Origin: Okamejei kenojei
Lineage: Eukaryota
Direction: 5' to 3'
Assembly (NCBI GenBank): GCA_035221665.1
Contig: CM069143.1
Location: forward strand, 42,780,001-42,843,855
Length of the DNA: 63,855 bases
The first letter of the stretch is position 1; every line of letters begins with the position of its first letter. The notes under the pieces were generated by a model. It had not been told where the DNA came from. It did not search any database and saw only the letters and a program-made list of their open reading frames with translations. The position numbers and the translations under genes are program-made. Of the stretch, positions 1-12,837 are shown piece by piece.

Positions 1-1085
1 ATTAAGTCAAATACGCAAGACTATAATAGAAAACCAGGATTATTAGATGAATTGTTTAATAAACACCCAAATACAGAAAAATAAATAGCGTATATATACA
101 ATACTATCTTGGATAGGGAAATCCCAACCGGAAATATATCGACAAACATGGGAAAATGAAATAGGTTTATCTATAACGAAGGAAACTTGGGAAGAAAGCC
201 TACGATGTATACATCGTTGCTCATTAAATGCTAGACATATATTCATAAAATTTAAGGTATTACACAGATTACATTATTCAAAAACGAAATTAAATCGAAT
301 TTATCCTAACATTTCTTCTATTGTGATAAATGTCAGAACTTGGAAGCTAATTTAACGCATAGTTTTGTAACGTATAAAACTCAACTATTATTGGACAGAA
401 ATCTTTAGAGTTATGTCTGAAGTTCTTAAAATTAAACTGGACCGAGATCCAAAATTAATAATATTAGGCATTCCGGATTCAAATCTAATATTACCGGTAA
501 ACCAAAGAAATTTCTTGGATTACAGTTTGATAATAGGGAAAAAATTAATATTGAAATTTTGGAAGGGAACATTATCCCCCACAATTAAAATGTGGACAGT
601 GGAAATGTTGGAGACGTTGCATTTGGAAAGAATCAGATTTGTCCTAATGGACAAATACGAACTCTTTGAACAGATATGGTCTCCATATACAGAATATTTG
701 AAGGGGTAGCTGTTCTTGGCATCACAACTCAATGGGTACCCGGCAGTATTAGAGAAAATAATTCTTTTTTTGTTTGGATTTGTATGCATGTCTCTATTGA
801 TATCGTTATTTGAAATTGTGTTATTCACTATTAAGATGTATGCTATAATCTTTTTTTTTCTCTCTTCTCTTTCTCTCTCTATATAATCAAAATTATTATT
901 TAATCACTATACTTATTGATTAAAATCTATTCTTTTATTTTTCTACTTTCTAAAAAATAGAAATGTATAAGAATTATTTGTAACATCTGTATACTTATTG
1001 AAAAAAGTTGGTTGTGTATTTGAAAATTTGTTAAACCGTTGTTATGATGGATTACTTCTAATAAAAATATTATTAAAAAAAAAAA
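1..1085 (+). mobile_element. L1-clade LINE, 3' part (degenerate ORF2 C-terminus, 3' UTR, poly-A)
   Basis: Frameshifted ORF2 C-terminal text (WEESLRCIHRCSLNARH..FKVLHRLHYSKTKL; KKLILKFWK..PTIKMW..EMLETLHLE). AATAAA at 1060-1065, then an A-tail. Same family as 55085-58270. Confidence 0.8.
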
Positions 1086-2347
1086 GATTTTACATTACAC
1101 AAAAAGAATTGATATATATTTTCCCAGCATAGATTACTGCCCTGACTAATAACCGTTTCCACATATAATTCTTTGATCTTGTATCAACTTACATGATAAT
1201 TGTTTTCATGGATCAGAACAACAAATCTTGAGAAAGGTAATGATCAAACCTTTGCTGGAGAGATCAGACTCTCTTGTAATGAAAGGGGAAGGAAGGAATC
1301 ATTGGATTGCTAAATGTTTTCCAAGTGGCCACAAAGGAAATTGTGATATCAGATAGATCGAACATGTCCATAGCATCAGGCAATCTGATGAGAATGTTCC
1401 CGAGAACATAAACAGGTTCATGCAGCACGCAAACACATCAGATATTTGGTTGTGGTTTAACCTAATAGATTGGTGCAACATCCCAGCATTCTAAGGAACT
1501 GTTCGAAACATCTTGCTGAACTCAAGTTACATGACTCACTATTAGAGGGAATTGGGACCTTTTTTCACATTTTGATTGTCAGACAAAGACCATTAGAGTA
1601 TTTTAATTAATTATGTTCTATTTCACTTCCTGAGTTAATTAGAAGGGAAGCAACCTTTTCATTCAGTTCAGGCCTCATTGTGATTCAGTCTGCCTTCAAT
1701 GCAAGTGAGGTATGTTGATAAATGATATGCCCCAAACAAATATATTGCTTCTGAATTCTGCTTTATTGCAGTATGAATCAATTCTCACGAGAATTCTCAT
1801 AAGATGCTCACAAAACCAAAATAATTACTTGTGGCATATCAAATAAACAGGATTGTTGACACTTACAGATCGTAGCAAAATAAAGATTCTGGCAGCATGG
1901 GGAAGGGGAATCTTTTTGATGTTTTTTGGCTGGGTTGGTTAGGTGCGGATCACATGGGCAATCTGCTAAGTAAGAAAGTATTTAGGGACCAAAGTGCTGG
2001 CTACCTGCTCAGCTAAGAACAAATGCCAAAACATACATTATGGATTCACATCCATAATGGAAATATAGAACTGAGCCAAATTTTTTTTTCAGATTCAGTG
2101 AATAAGCTAACCAGAAAATTAGAAATTTAGATTACTGAAGAGTATTGGAGAAGGTATTAGAGATCAGTTTACAATGAACAAAAAATGTTTTGATCGGTAA
2201 ATGCGTCCAGCAGCAGAGACAACTAATCTTAAATTTTGAGCAGAAGGATAAAGGAAGAACTTCTTTAATCCAAGAATAATTATCAGAAGTTCATTGCCTG
2301 TTAAGAGTGATGGAAACAGAATGAATTAGTTTATTTGGTAGTGAATT

Positions 2348-2719
2348 AACCATATAACCATATAACCATATAACAATTACAGCACGAAAACAGGCCCTCT
2401 CGGCCCTTCCAGTCCGTGCCGACCATTTGTTTTCCCCTAGTCCCATCTACCTGCACTCAGACCATACCCCTCCATTCCCTTCACGTCCATATACCTATCC
2501 ACTTTACTTTTAAATGTTAAAATCGATCCTGCCTCCACCACTTCTGCTGGAAGCTGATTCCACACAGCCACCACCCTCTGAGTAAAGAAGTTCCCCCTCA
2601 CGTTACCCCTAAACTTCTGTCCCTTAATTCTCATGTCTAAACTTCTGTCCCTTAATTCTCACGTTACCCCTAAACTTCTGTCCCTTAATTCTCATGTCTA
2701 AACTTCTGTCCCTTAATTC
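2348..2719 (-). mobile_element. Young 5'-truncated CR1 LINE 3' end, nested in an older + strand CR1 remnant
   Basis: (CCATATAA)n tail; ORF end ...GNFFTQRVV..WN..GRWD; about 98% identical to 25610-25890; AATTA on both flanks. Confidence 0.9.
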
Positions 2720-2829
2720 CATGTAAATTAGATAATACTTGAGAGCAAATTATGATTCAGATTTTCTCAGTGTCCTATTTCTACTTTGAAATGATGCATT
2801 TATACATAAATATATATACCTCCACAAAG

Positions 2830-3000
2830 TATCCTCCAGGGAAAATAGTCCCAGCCTACCCAGCCTCTCTATGTAACTAAACCCTCAAGTCATGGTGACA
2901 ACCTAGTGGATCTTTTCTGTATCCTTTCCAGCTTAATGATATTCTTCCTATAACAGTGCATCCAGAAATACAACGCTCCAAATGTCATTTCATCAATGTC
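2830..3000 (-). mobile_element. Old CR1 LINE fragment
   Basis: Degenerate match to the RT C-terminal region of the other CR1 copies in the window. Confidence 0.55.
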
Positions 3001-3089
3001 ATGTTATTGAATGAACAAATGCTTCGTTCATCCTCAGCTTCGGAACACTTGGTCTCCAGTCCATGAGGCATAGTATTAACAGCAGAGAT

Positions 3090-3730
3090 AACCTTTCTTT
3101 TGATCTGCTGCCACATTCCTGTTCATCTTCCTTTTCCCCATCTTCCTTCTGCTGCTACTGTTTCTGCATCTGTTACAGTCAGCTGGCAAGTGCTCTATGT
3201 TTGAAATATCCAGGTTGTGCACCATATCTCAAATAAATGGACACTCATGAGCCCATTTGTTCTCTGACATTGGAATCTCCTCTTGAGAACTCAAATAGCA
3301 GTCTGCAGCAGGCACCAGTGTCTCCATGGCTTTGCATGTACCTGGGGTCTGAATAGGGGCAAGAAGCCATGAAAGATGAGCCCTGATCTTGATCTTGATG
3401 TTCCAGCAGCTGATGTACAGTATGCACTGTGATTTACGTGAGGATGGTGGTACTCATGCAAGCTTCCTTGGTGCATTGACCATATGCATGTTCATATAAT
3501 CACAAGGGTTATACACTTAGCGATAGCCTTTACAATTCCTATCTAGCTCCCAGTTAATCTCAGGAACCTTTAGTTCTACATGAGTACATGACTGAACATC
3601 TGGGAAATTAATAATGATGGCAAATCCAAATGTCTGCTGGTTTCACCAAAGGGAGAAAGAGATGAGGTCTTCTTTCCTGGAGTGGTGGGCATCACTGGTG
3701 GCCTTAATGTGATTGCATGTTGCAAACTGA
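3090..3730 (-). pseudogene. Fossil PIF/Harbinger (HARBI1-like) DDE transposase
   Basis: Minus-strand motifs in the expected order across frameshifts: FGFAIIINFPDVQ..CTHVELKVP..RNCKGY; QGSLHE; SWLLAPIQTP; YMQSH; VLKRRFQC; MVHNL; then an acidic tail. Confidence 0.65.
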
Positions 3731-4164
3731 GAAGTGTGGCCTAGATTTGTTACTGAGGTCTAGCATGAACTGCATGCTAAGACATTTGAAGGGACTTTGT
3801 TCCTTACTTATCTAGGCAGAGCACTGCAGACAAGGGTGCTTACTTAGTATCACTGTTACACAGCAAAACTTGCATTAAGAGTCTCCTGTCCCGAAAAACA
3901 ACCAAGCTACTCAGTTCCTGATTCTCCAGTAAAGTCACAACTGATCGATTGTTCCTTTAATTCATGCAATTGCATATGGAATTTCAATGTTCCATTGTCA
4001 GACTAAATGACAATGAAATACTCTTGACTCATCATATACTCCAGTGAGCTGCACTCAGTAAGTTTATATAATTCTTTAGTTGACCTTCCAGAGATTACTT
4101 TTGAATTGTTTTGCCTATATTCTAGTTTATTCAGTCAGGTTTCACACATTATACAACTGACCTT

Positions 4165-4578
4165 ATGTAGGAAGGAACTGCAAATGCCGATTTAAACCAA
4201 AGATAGACGCAAAAAGCTAGAGTATCTCAACGGGTCAGACCACATCGCTGGAGAAAAGGGAATAGGTGACGTATCGGAACAAGACCCTTCTTCAGACTAA
4301 GAGTCAGGGGAAAGGGAAACAAGAGATATAGACAGTGATATAGAACAAATGAATGAAAGATTTGCAAAAAAGTAACGATGATGAAGGAAACAGGCCATTG
4401 TTAACTGTGGCCTCGGTGGAAACAAGTATAGATAATGAAACTCAACAAGGTGACTGAAGCTGGTATGACTTGGGTGGTGGAGGGATGTAGAGAGGAGGGG
4501 ATGCAAGGGTTATTTGAAGTTAGAGACATTAATTAATAACACTGGGCTGTAAGCTGCACAAGCAAAATATGAGATGCA
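4165..4578 (-). mobile_element. Penelope-like element (PLE) 3' end
   Basis: GIY-YIG C-terminal remnant plus the 3' UTR shared with 47572-47935; degenerate hammerhead core at about 4268-4296. Confidence 0.8.
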
Positions 4579-4831
4579 ATAGAAAAAATAATTTACTCCA
4601 CATTTTTATCGGAATTTTATGTTGAACAAAATGAAGAATGCTGGTAGTTCGACTCCAAACTAATTTGACATGAAATGCCAAATATTTTGGGAAACTTTCC
4701 CACTCAATTTTTCTTGCATTATTAAAATCAGCAAGACTTGGAGTTTATGACAAAAATTCTATTGGATGATTTGTCTCTTGTGCCCAAATTGCTGATGAGC
4801 ATTTCAGGCAGATTATGCTCCATGGTGGTGT

Positions 4832-5105
4832 TAGAAACATAGACAATAGGTGCAGGAATAGGCCATTTGGCCCTTCGAGCCAGCACTGCCATTCAATATG
4901 ATCATGGCTGATCATCCAAAATCAGTACCCCGTTCCTGCTTTCTCCCCATATACCTTGATTCCTTTAGCCTGAAGAACTAAATAACTCTTGAAAATATCC
5001 AGTGAATCAGCCTCCACTGCCTTCTGTGGCAGAGAATTCCACAGATTCACAACTCTCTGTGTGAAAAAAAAATCCTCATCTCAGTCCTAAATGGCCTACC
5101 CCTTA
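4832..5105 (-). mobile_element. CR1/HER1-type LINE 3' end
   Basis: TAGAAACA/TAGACAA tail followed by ataggtgcagga..ggccatt..cccttcgagcc, as in the other copies. Confidence 0.85.
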
Positions 5106-5573
5106 TGTTTATGTAACATTGTTCACCATCAGCACAAACAGGTTATTACTTTTCTTAGAAACAGGACTTACCTGCAAGATGATTTTGATGGATCCATGAA
5201 GAGTCCATAACGCAGTGCATATGTCAATGGCCAGTGCTTGTGGCCTGGCAATGACTATTACTTCTAAACCAAGCTGTATATCTTTTATGGACGGCATTCC
5301 AATTGGAGTATTTCAGGTGCCATCCGGGTAACATGTATTCAAGGGGCCTCGGAATAATCTTACAAATATTTTTGGAGTTATTGGATTAATTATAAAAGGC
5401 ATTTTGTATATTACTTTTAAAGTGTTTTGTTTTCTAAAAGCACCTGCACCAATCGATAAAGCTACTGAATTGGTTTAAAATATCCTCTACGCTGTTAACG
5501 TACATCCTATTAAAATAAATATTGGGTTGTTCTATTTCCAGTTTGTAATTTTTTATTCCTGTGGATAATGCAG

Positions 5574-5721
5574 CTTTGAGAAACTATGGCAGGATGAACT
5601 AAAGCAACATGGACGAGAGAAAGCCTCTCTGGGGCGAGTAGCTTGCCGGTTTTGTCAAACAAGGGCTTTCATCTCTGTTGGCTGCCTGATGATTACAATG
5701 ATTGCCAGCTTTGTTGGACCT
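5574..5721 (+). CDS. ABCC5: ABCC5/MRP5-like transporter, internal exon (148 nt)
   Basis: cag|...|gtgagt; FEKLWQDELKQHGREKASLGRVACRFCQTRAFISVGCLMITMIASFVGP, matching the ABCC5 lasso/TM1 region. Confidence 0.9.
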
Positions 5722-5966
5722 GTGAGTAATAGTTCCATTCATAAACTCTCTTATTGAGTGATTTATTTGCATAAATTGCAGCAAAGCAGAATTCAGCAAA
5801 AGACAACATAACATATTCAGCCACTAGAGAGAATTTTTTTTTGAAAATTGGCACATTATTAATTGGAGAATAACTATAAACTCTACCATTGCTTATAATC
5901 TTTTCACTGAAATGTTGCCATGAATTAGAGTAGAATAATATTCAACATTTGTTTTTTTTCCAACAG

Positions 5967-6200
5967 GCCATTGTCATCAGGAGACTGCTGGAATATGCGC
6001 AGGCTCCAGAGTCAAACCTTCAATATGGCCTGCTGTTGGTTTTGGGCATTTTCATGGCTGAGTTAGTGCGTTCATGGTCATTTGCACTGACTTGGGCTTT
6101 AAACTATCGCACTGGAACTCGGCTCCGGGGTGCATTACTTACCCTGGCTTTTGAAAAAATTCTGAAGCTACGAAATATGAAAGATGTCACAATTGGAGAA
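5967..6200 (+). CDS. ABCC5: ABCC5-like exon (234 nt), TMD1
   Basis: cag|...|gtaagt; AIVIRRLLEYAQAPESNLQYGLLLVLG..RSWSFALTWALNYRTGTRLRGA..IGE. Confidence 0.95.
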
Positions 6201-6699
6201 GTAAGTATTTTTTTGTTGTGCAGTACTTGAAAAATATGCTTACCTCTTTAATTAAATATATCTATTTTAATACTATGAAATAAAAATCAGGTTTGGAATT
6301 AAATATTCCAAGGTACTTACTTCTTTTTGTAGAATAGAAGGGCAAAATGAAAACATTTTAAAGATTTTCATGAAGGCGATAGATGGAATAGATTTTGGTA
6401 TGAAAAATCAAGAGCAGAATAATTTTAAGTGTAGCAAACTAATGACAAGAGAGAAAATCTTTAGTTGTAGGTAGGTGGTCAAAATAGGGCATTGTATAAC
6501 TTGAGAGATTGGAGGTTCATGAAATAATGCTAATACAAACGTCAAGGAACTTTAGTGCAGATGAGCACTGGGTGAATCAAGTTTAGTTGCAATCATATGG
6601 AAGATGAGTTTCTGGAGCACATTTGGTTTTCTAGATCAACATGATGAAGAACCAGTAATGGAACATATATTATTATATATATTATAGACATATATTATA

Positions 6700-8715
6700 G
6701 ACATATTTAGACAATAGACAATAGGTGCAAGAGTAGGCCATTCGGCCCTTTGAGCCAGCACCGCCATTCAATGTGATCATGCTGATCATCCCCAATCAGT
6801 ATACCGTTCCTGCCTTCTCCCCATATCCCCTGACTCCACTAGTTTTAAGAGCACTGTCTAGCTCTCTCTTGAAAGCATCCAGAGAACCTGCCTTCACCGT
6901 CCTCTGAGGCAGAGAATTCCACAGACTCACCACTCTCTGTGAGAAAAAGTGTTTCCTCGTCTCCGTTCTAAATGGCTTACTCCTTATTCTTAAACTGTGG
7001 CTCCTGGTTCTGGACTCCCCCCAACATTGGGAACATGTTTCCTGCCTCTAGCGTGTCCAAACCCTTAATAATCTTATATGTTTCAATGAGATCCCCTTTC
7101 ATCCTTCTAAACTCCAGAGTGTACAAGCCCAGCTGCTCCATTCTCTCAGCATATGACAGTCCCACCATCCTGGGAATTAACCTTGTAAACCTACGCTGCA
7201 CTCCCTCAATAGCAAGAATGTCCTTCCTCAAATTAGGGGACCAAAACGGCACACAATACTCCAGGTGTGGTCTCACTAGGGTTCTGAAGAACTGCAGAAG
7301 GACCTCTTTGCGCCTATATTCGATTCCTCTTGTTATAAAGGCCAACATGCCATTCGCTTTCTTCACTGCCTGCTGTACCTGCATGCTTACTTTCACAGAC
7401 TGATGTAAAAGGACCCACAGATCCTGTTGTACTTCCCCTTTTCCCAACTTGATGCCATTTAGATAGTAAGCTACCTTCCTGTTTTTGCTACCAAAGTGGA
7501 TAACCTCACATTTATCCGCATTAAACTTCATCTACCATGCATCTGCCCACTTCCCCAACCTGTCCAAGTCACCCTGCATTCTCATAGCATCCTCCTCACA
7601 GTTCACACTGCCACCCAGCTTTGTGTCATCTGCAAATTTGCTAATGTTACTTTGAATCCCTTCATCCAAATTATTGATGTTTATCGTAAATAGCTGCGGT
7701 CCCGCTGTTGTTCTTTAAACATTACCCAATCCTCTTGCTTCCCGCTCGTCTTTGCTACATTGTACTTCTTTGTTTTAATTTTTATACTGTCCCTGACGTC
7801 CCTTGTCAGCCATAGTCGTCCCTTTCTCCCCTTGGAATCTTTCTTCCTCCTAGGAATGAACAGATCCTGCACCTTCTGTATTATTCCTAGAAATACCTGC
7901 CATTTTTGTTCCACTGTCATCCCTGCTAGTGTATCCTTCCAGTCAACTTTGGCCAGCTCCTCTCTCATGGCCCCATAGTCCCCTTTATTCAACTGCAACA
8001 CTGACACCTCCGATCTACCCTTCGCCCTTTCCAATTGTAGATTAAACCCGACCATGTTATGGTCACTACCTCCTAATGGTTCATTAACCTCGAGGTCCTT
8101 TATCAAATCAGGTTCATTAGTTAACACTAAATCCAGAATTGCCTTCTCCCTGGTAGGCTCCAATACAAGCTGTTCTAAGAATCCATCACGAAGGCACTCT
8201 ACAAAGTCCCTTTCTTGGGGTCCAGTACCAACCTGATTTTCCCAGTCTACCTGCATGTTGAAATCTCCCTAAACAACCACAGCATTACTTTTGCTACATG
8301 CCAATTTTAACTCCTGATTCAACTTGCGACCTTTGTCCAGAGGCGACTGTTTGGGGGCCTGTAGATTAGTCCCATTAGGGTCTTTTTACCCTTACAATTC
8401 CTTAGTTCTATCCATACTGACTCCACATCTCCTGTTTCAATGTCACTCTGCCCACCTGTCTGTCTTTTCGATAGAAGGTATACCCTTGGATATTCAGTTC
8501 CCGGCCCTGGCCCTCTTGCAGCCATGTCTTAGTAATTCCCACAACATCATACTTGCCAGTTTCTAACTGAGCCTCAAGCTCGTCCACTTTATTCCTTATA
8601 CTTCGCGCATTCATATAGAGCACTTTGACCTCCGTATTCACTTTCCCCCTCGCACCGCTCGCAATTGGCCCTGACCTTACTCTGTTGTCCATTCTCGAGC
8701 TTTCCTTCCCATTTA
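6700..8715 (-). mobile_element. CR1 LINE with internal deletions (EN domain plus RT C-terminus)
   Basis: ORFs 8408-8719 (NARSIRNK) and 7681-8256 (LDLVLTN..GSDH) for APE; 6977-7531 (KFNADKC..RPHLEYC) for RT. Most of the RT core is deleted at about 7703. Confidence 0.9.
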
Positions 8716-8985
8716 TCATGATATTATGATAAAGAAACAGGCCATTGTTAGCTGTTTGTAGGGTGAAAACGAGAAGCTAGTGCGACTTGGGTGGGACAGG
8801 GATAAGGAGAGAGGGAAGGCTGGGGCTACCTGAAGTGAGAAATCAATATTCATACCACTGAGCTGTAATCTGCCCAAACAAAATATGATATGCTGTTCCT
8901 CCAATTTTCATTTAGCCTCACTCTGACAATGGAGAAGGTCTAGTATAGAAAGGTCGATGTAGGAATGGGAAGAATAATTAAGTTT
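8716..8985 (-). mobile_element. PLE fragment (GIY-YIG C-terminus and UTR)
   Basis: MEEQHIIFCLGRLQLSGMNIDF matches the PLE endonuclease C-terminus. Confidence 0.8.
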
Positions 8986-9182
8986 GAAAATGGCAGAACA
9001 GACAGAAAGAGTAAGTTTAAATGCATATAGTATCTTGAGCTTTATAAATAGAGGCACAGAATAAACGATTAATTGGTCCAAGCTGAGTGTTATGTCCAAC
9101 TCCGGATGCCAAACTGAGAATGATGTATAAGCCTTTGAGAGGATACAGAAGAGATTCCAGGGATGAAGGACTTCAGTTATAA

Positions 9183-9787
9183 GTTCATGTTCATACGTGA
9201 AATGAGCAGAATTAGGCCATTTGGACCATCAAGTCTACTCTGCCATCCAATCATGGCTGATCTATGTTTCCCTCCGAACCCCATTCTCCTGCCTTCTCCC
9301 ATAACCTCTGACATCCATACTAATCAAGAATCTATCTATCTCTGCCCTAAATATATCCACTGACTTGGCCTCCACAGCCTTTTGTGGCAAAGAATTCCAC
9401 AGATTCACCACCCTCTGACTAAATTAATTCCTCCTCATCTCCTTCCTAAAAAAAATCCTTTAATTCTGAGACTATGACCTCTAATCCTAGACTCTCCCAC
9501 TAGTGGAAACATCCTCTCCACATCCACTCTATCCAAGCCTTTCACTGTTCTGTATGTTTCAATGAGGTACCCCATCATTCTTCTGGGCCTGTACTCCAGC
9601 GAGTACTGGCCCAGTGCCATCAAATGTTCATCATGTGTCAACCTACTCATTCCTGGGATCATTATTGTAAACCTCCTCTGGACCCTCTCCATAGCCAGCA
9701 CATCCTTCCTCAGATATGGTACCCAAAACTACTCACAATATTCCAAATGTGGCCTGATCAACACATAGAGCCTCAGTATTACATCCC
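9183..9787 (-). mobile_element. CR1 LINE 3' end inserted in an older + strand CR1 (about 9010-9180 and 9788-9910)
   Basis: MERVQRRFT..LIETY..MFPLVGESR; the flanks rejoin as one CR1 sequence. Confidence 0.8.
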
Positions 9788-10016
9788 TTATGTGGTTAGT
9801 TAGAAAAGCTGGGGTTGTTCTCCTCAAGGGGTTGCAAGAAGATATGGTAGATGTTTTTAAATAATGAGTGGATTTGGCAGTGTAGATAAAATGTTCCCTT
9901 CGGACAGGGCTCAAACAAAATGCAAATGGAAATCAATGACATATGACAAGTAATATAAAATATATTATTTTTCTTCTTACGTCTGCCATATATGCACATG
10001 CACACACATACAAAAC

Positions 10017-11666
10017 CAGGGCCAGATTTACGTATGCTTCACAAGCTTAACCTTAGGGCCTCGAGATTTAGGGGGGCCTCGGCAGGGCCGGATTTACCTA
10101 TAGACTTCATAGGCTGAAGCCTAGGGCCTCAAAATCTAGGGGGCCTCCGGCCAAGGTGTTTTTTTCCCAGAGTAAAAAAGATTCTGAGATTTAAAAAATT
10201 GGAGCACTATCAGCATTTCCACTTTGACGGAAATTACCCGAAATTCTGGTTCCGGCCCGCTGGAATTTTTATGGGAAAAAATTGCGACCATTAGTGCCTG
10301 CGCAGTTGGGGGAAGCCGGTGATGCAGTAGCGGCGCAAAATGATGCTGTCTCTCCGTGCGTGCGCAGTGGGCCCGGGCGGGTTCAGATCTCCATTTGCAC
10401 TCCACACAATCACCTCAATGACTCGTGTCTACCAAAGATCCTAGGTGTCTACTCCAGGTAAGTAGTGGAATATTGCGTGGCGGGAGTGCCCATTTCGCCG
10501 GGCCAGGGGGGGGGTGGGGGCTGCGGTGTCTGAGGCGCGGTCGGAGGTGCGGAGAGAGAGGAAGGGAGTGAGAGGGGGACAGGGGGGGTTGAGACAGAGG
10601 AGGAAGAGAGAGAGAGAGGGGAGGGGAAATAGATAGAGGGGAAGGGGGGGGGGGGGGAGAGAGATGGGGAGGGAGAGAGAGGTGGAATGAGAGGGAGGGA
10701 GAAGGAGGAGGGGGGAGAGGGAAAGGGGGATTATCTTTAGTGAGATTGCAAAATTAAGGTAGGTTTTAGAGCAATTATATTTTCTCCTCCATATGAATAA
10801 TATCAAACAATTGGAACTGCTATCTTTTTCTCGATAACAATACTGAAAAATATGTATTCCATACTTTGCGACTTTCATTTTGCATCATATTTTTAATGTG
10901 CACACACTAACACAGTCGAACAGTAACAGGCAATCAAAACAACACACAAAACATTTTCTAAAAAAGTTTTTTATTTACTGCAAAAACTTTTATTTGCAAT
11001 GTTTGTATGCTCCTTTATAACATTTCACATAACATTTTATAGTACAACTTGATTATTAAAACAAGGGCAGCTTCAATTCTTTATTTAAAAAAAATACATA
11101 AAACAATGATCCCAATCATCCCATTTCAACCACTCATTACTCTTGACTCAACCAAAGTTATTACTGAAATAAATGGTCATAGATTTGGTGCAAAAATGCT
11201 CCAAAATAAGGCTCAGAATGCACCAGAGCATCTAAAACCCCAGACCCTGGCCGCAAGAGTCTTTGAACTTCGCGCTTGTGATATGCGCTGTGTGCACGTA
11301 TTTCACATTAAAGTTTTGTAAAAGCTTCATATGGGCCTGGTGTATAATATTTTTGACACTGTCATAGGCCTTTCTTACATATGCTGTCACAACGCACTGT
11401 AGTCTCTAAACAACACTTCAGTAATTTTCCTTGCCCTCCATTTCAGAATAATAGTGTTTTAAGCCAATAACTCGACACTAGCGCTGGCAATAAATAAAAA
11501 GCGCAGCTTTCCTGCCCTAATCTCATTGGCCACGCTCGGCTGCACATCGGTGTCAATCTGGTGGACTCTTCCATCTTCCTCTCGTCGTGGGGGTGGGGGT
11601 GGGGGAATGGGAGGGGCCTCACAAGTGGAATAGCCTTGGGCCTCTCTTCATCTAAATCCAGCCCTG
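10017..11666. mobile_element. Non-autonomous hAT DNA transposon
   Basis: TIRs CAGGGCCAGATTTA / TAAATCCAGCCCTG (12 of 14 match); exact 8-bp TSD TACAAAAC at 10009-10016 and 11667-11674; no transposase ORF. Confidence 0.85.
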
Positions 11667-11877
11667 TACAAAACACATTCTGTTTGGAGTTTTAGCCTGA
11701 ACCCTTGGAGACTAACAATTTACAGATCCTTCCTATCCACTGGTAAATGGAATAGAAATTGATTTTCAAAAGAACCAAATGATGTGAGAATTTATTTTGC
11801 ACACACACATTCTGGAATGGACTGTCAGCATTTATTTTTTGATAGGCAGATGGTTGAAAAACTTCCAGAGAAGAAAA

Positions 11878-12210
11878 TACATAAGGTGTAAGATAAGGAC
11901 AGAGGAGCTGCGAATTGCGAAGTTAGAGGAAGGAATATCGGTGGAAGAGTAGGGGGAAAGGGGAGAAATGGGTATGAATCCAAAGGTGGGTGGGGGGGGG
12001 GGGGTGCGGAGGATTATTTGTAGGTTATTTGGAGAATTCAATGTTCATAACATTATGTTGTAAGCCACCCAAGTGGAATAAAGATGCTGTTTATGTGTGG
12101 CCTAACTCTGCCAATGGAGGAGGCCCAGAACAGAAAGGTCAGTATGGGAATGGGAGGAGGGGTTTATGTGGTTTGCAACAGGGAGATCCAGCAGTTTGCA
12201 TGTGGCCTCA
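11878..12210 (-). mobile_element. PLE fragment
   Basis: Homologous to the GIY-YIG 3' region (ggaggaggcccag..gaaaggtcagtatgggaatgg). Confidence 0.7.
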
Positions 12211-12213
12211 ATC

Positions 12214-12837
12214 ATTTTTTGTTTTTTATCTTTTATCAAAATAAACTATATTCAAGTTAAAAATATGTACAATATATGAACTATGCAAAGAATTCTTCCA
12301 ACACACTCGGAGGCTACACATAGTGTTTACACAAATCACACAATTTTACCCCACACCCTTGCCACTCTTGTGGCTCCCTGGCATGAAATCCTATCCCTTA
12401 TTTTGAGGGACGTCTCCACCTCACCCTCCCCCCTAATGTCCAGCAACGATGGACCCTAGACTGTTGCCCTCACCCACAGAGCCTTGGCGTTGGCTGCACC
12501 AAGATCCAGTGCGTTCCTCAACACGTCCTCCTGCAGTCTGAAGTGGGCCAGATGCAACATTCCCTGACGGACATCTTGCTCTGCTGGGAGGTCAGCAAAG
12601 TTTGGGCAGACCAAAGGGTGTCTCACTGAGTTGATCACCTTCCAGTAGCACTTGATGTCCATTTCTGAAGCATCTCTGGGAACAGTTCGTAAATCACAGA
12701 GTTCTCTGTTATGGAGCTGTTCAGAATAAACCGTTACAGGGGCCCTTGCAAACTTCTCCAGACTCTTTGCAAATCCACAATCTGTGAAGAGGTGGGCAAC
12801 CGTCTCCTCTCCATAGTAGCTGGCCCGAGGGCATGCA
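12214..12837 (-). mobile_element. L1/Tx1-clade LINE 3' end inserted into a PLE
   Basis: CCHC knuckle CPRASYYGEETVAHLFTDC; poly-T (antisense poly-A) at 12215-12230; GTGG(C/T)CTCA on both sides. Confidence 0.7.

Noticed and set aside
5109-5297. Minus-strand ORF containing a strong donor CAG|GTAAGT near 5170
   Set aside because: No recognisable protein and no partner exons; cannot be supported without transcripts.
1100-5573. Expected upstream ABCC5 exon (GLFS..WL motif)
   Set aside because: No matching spliceable frame was found; it presumably lies upstream of the window.
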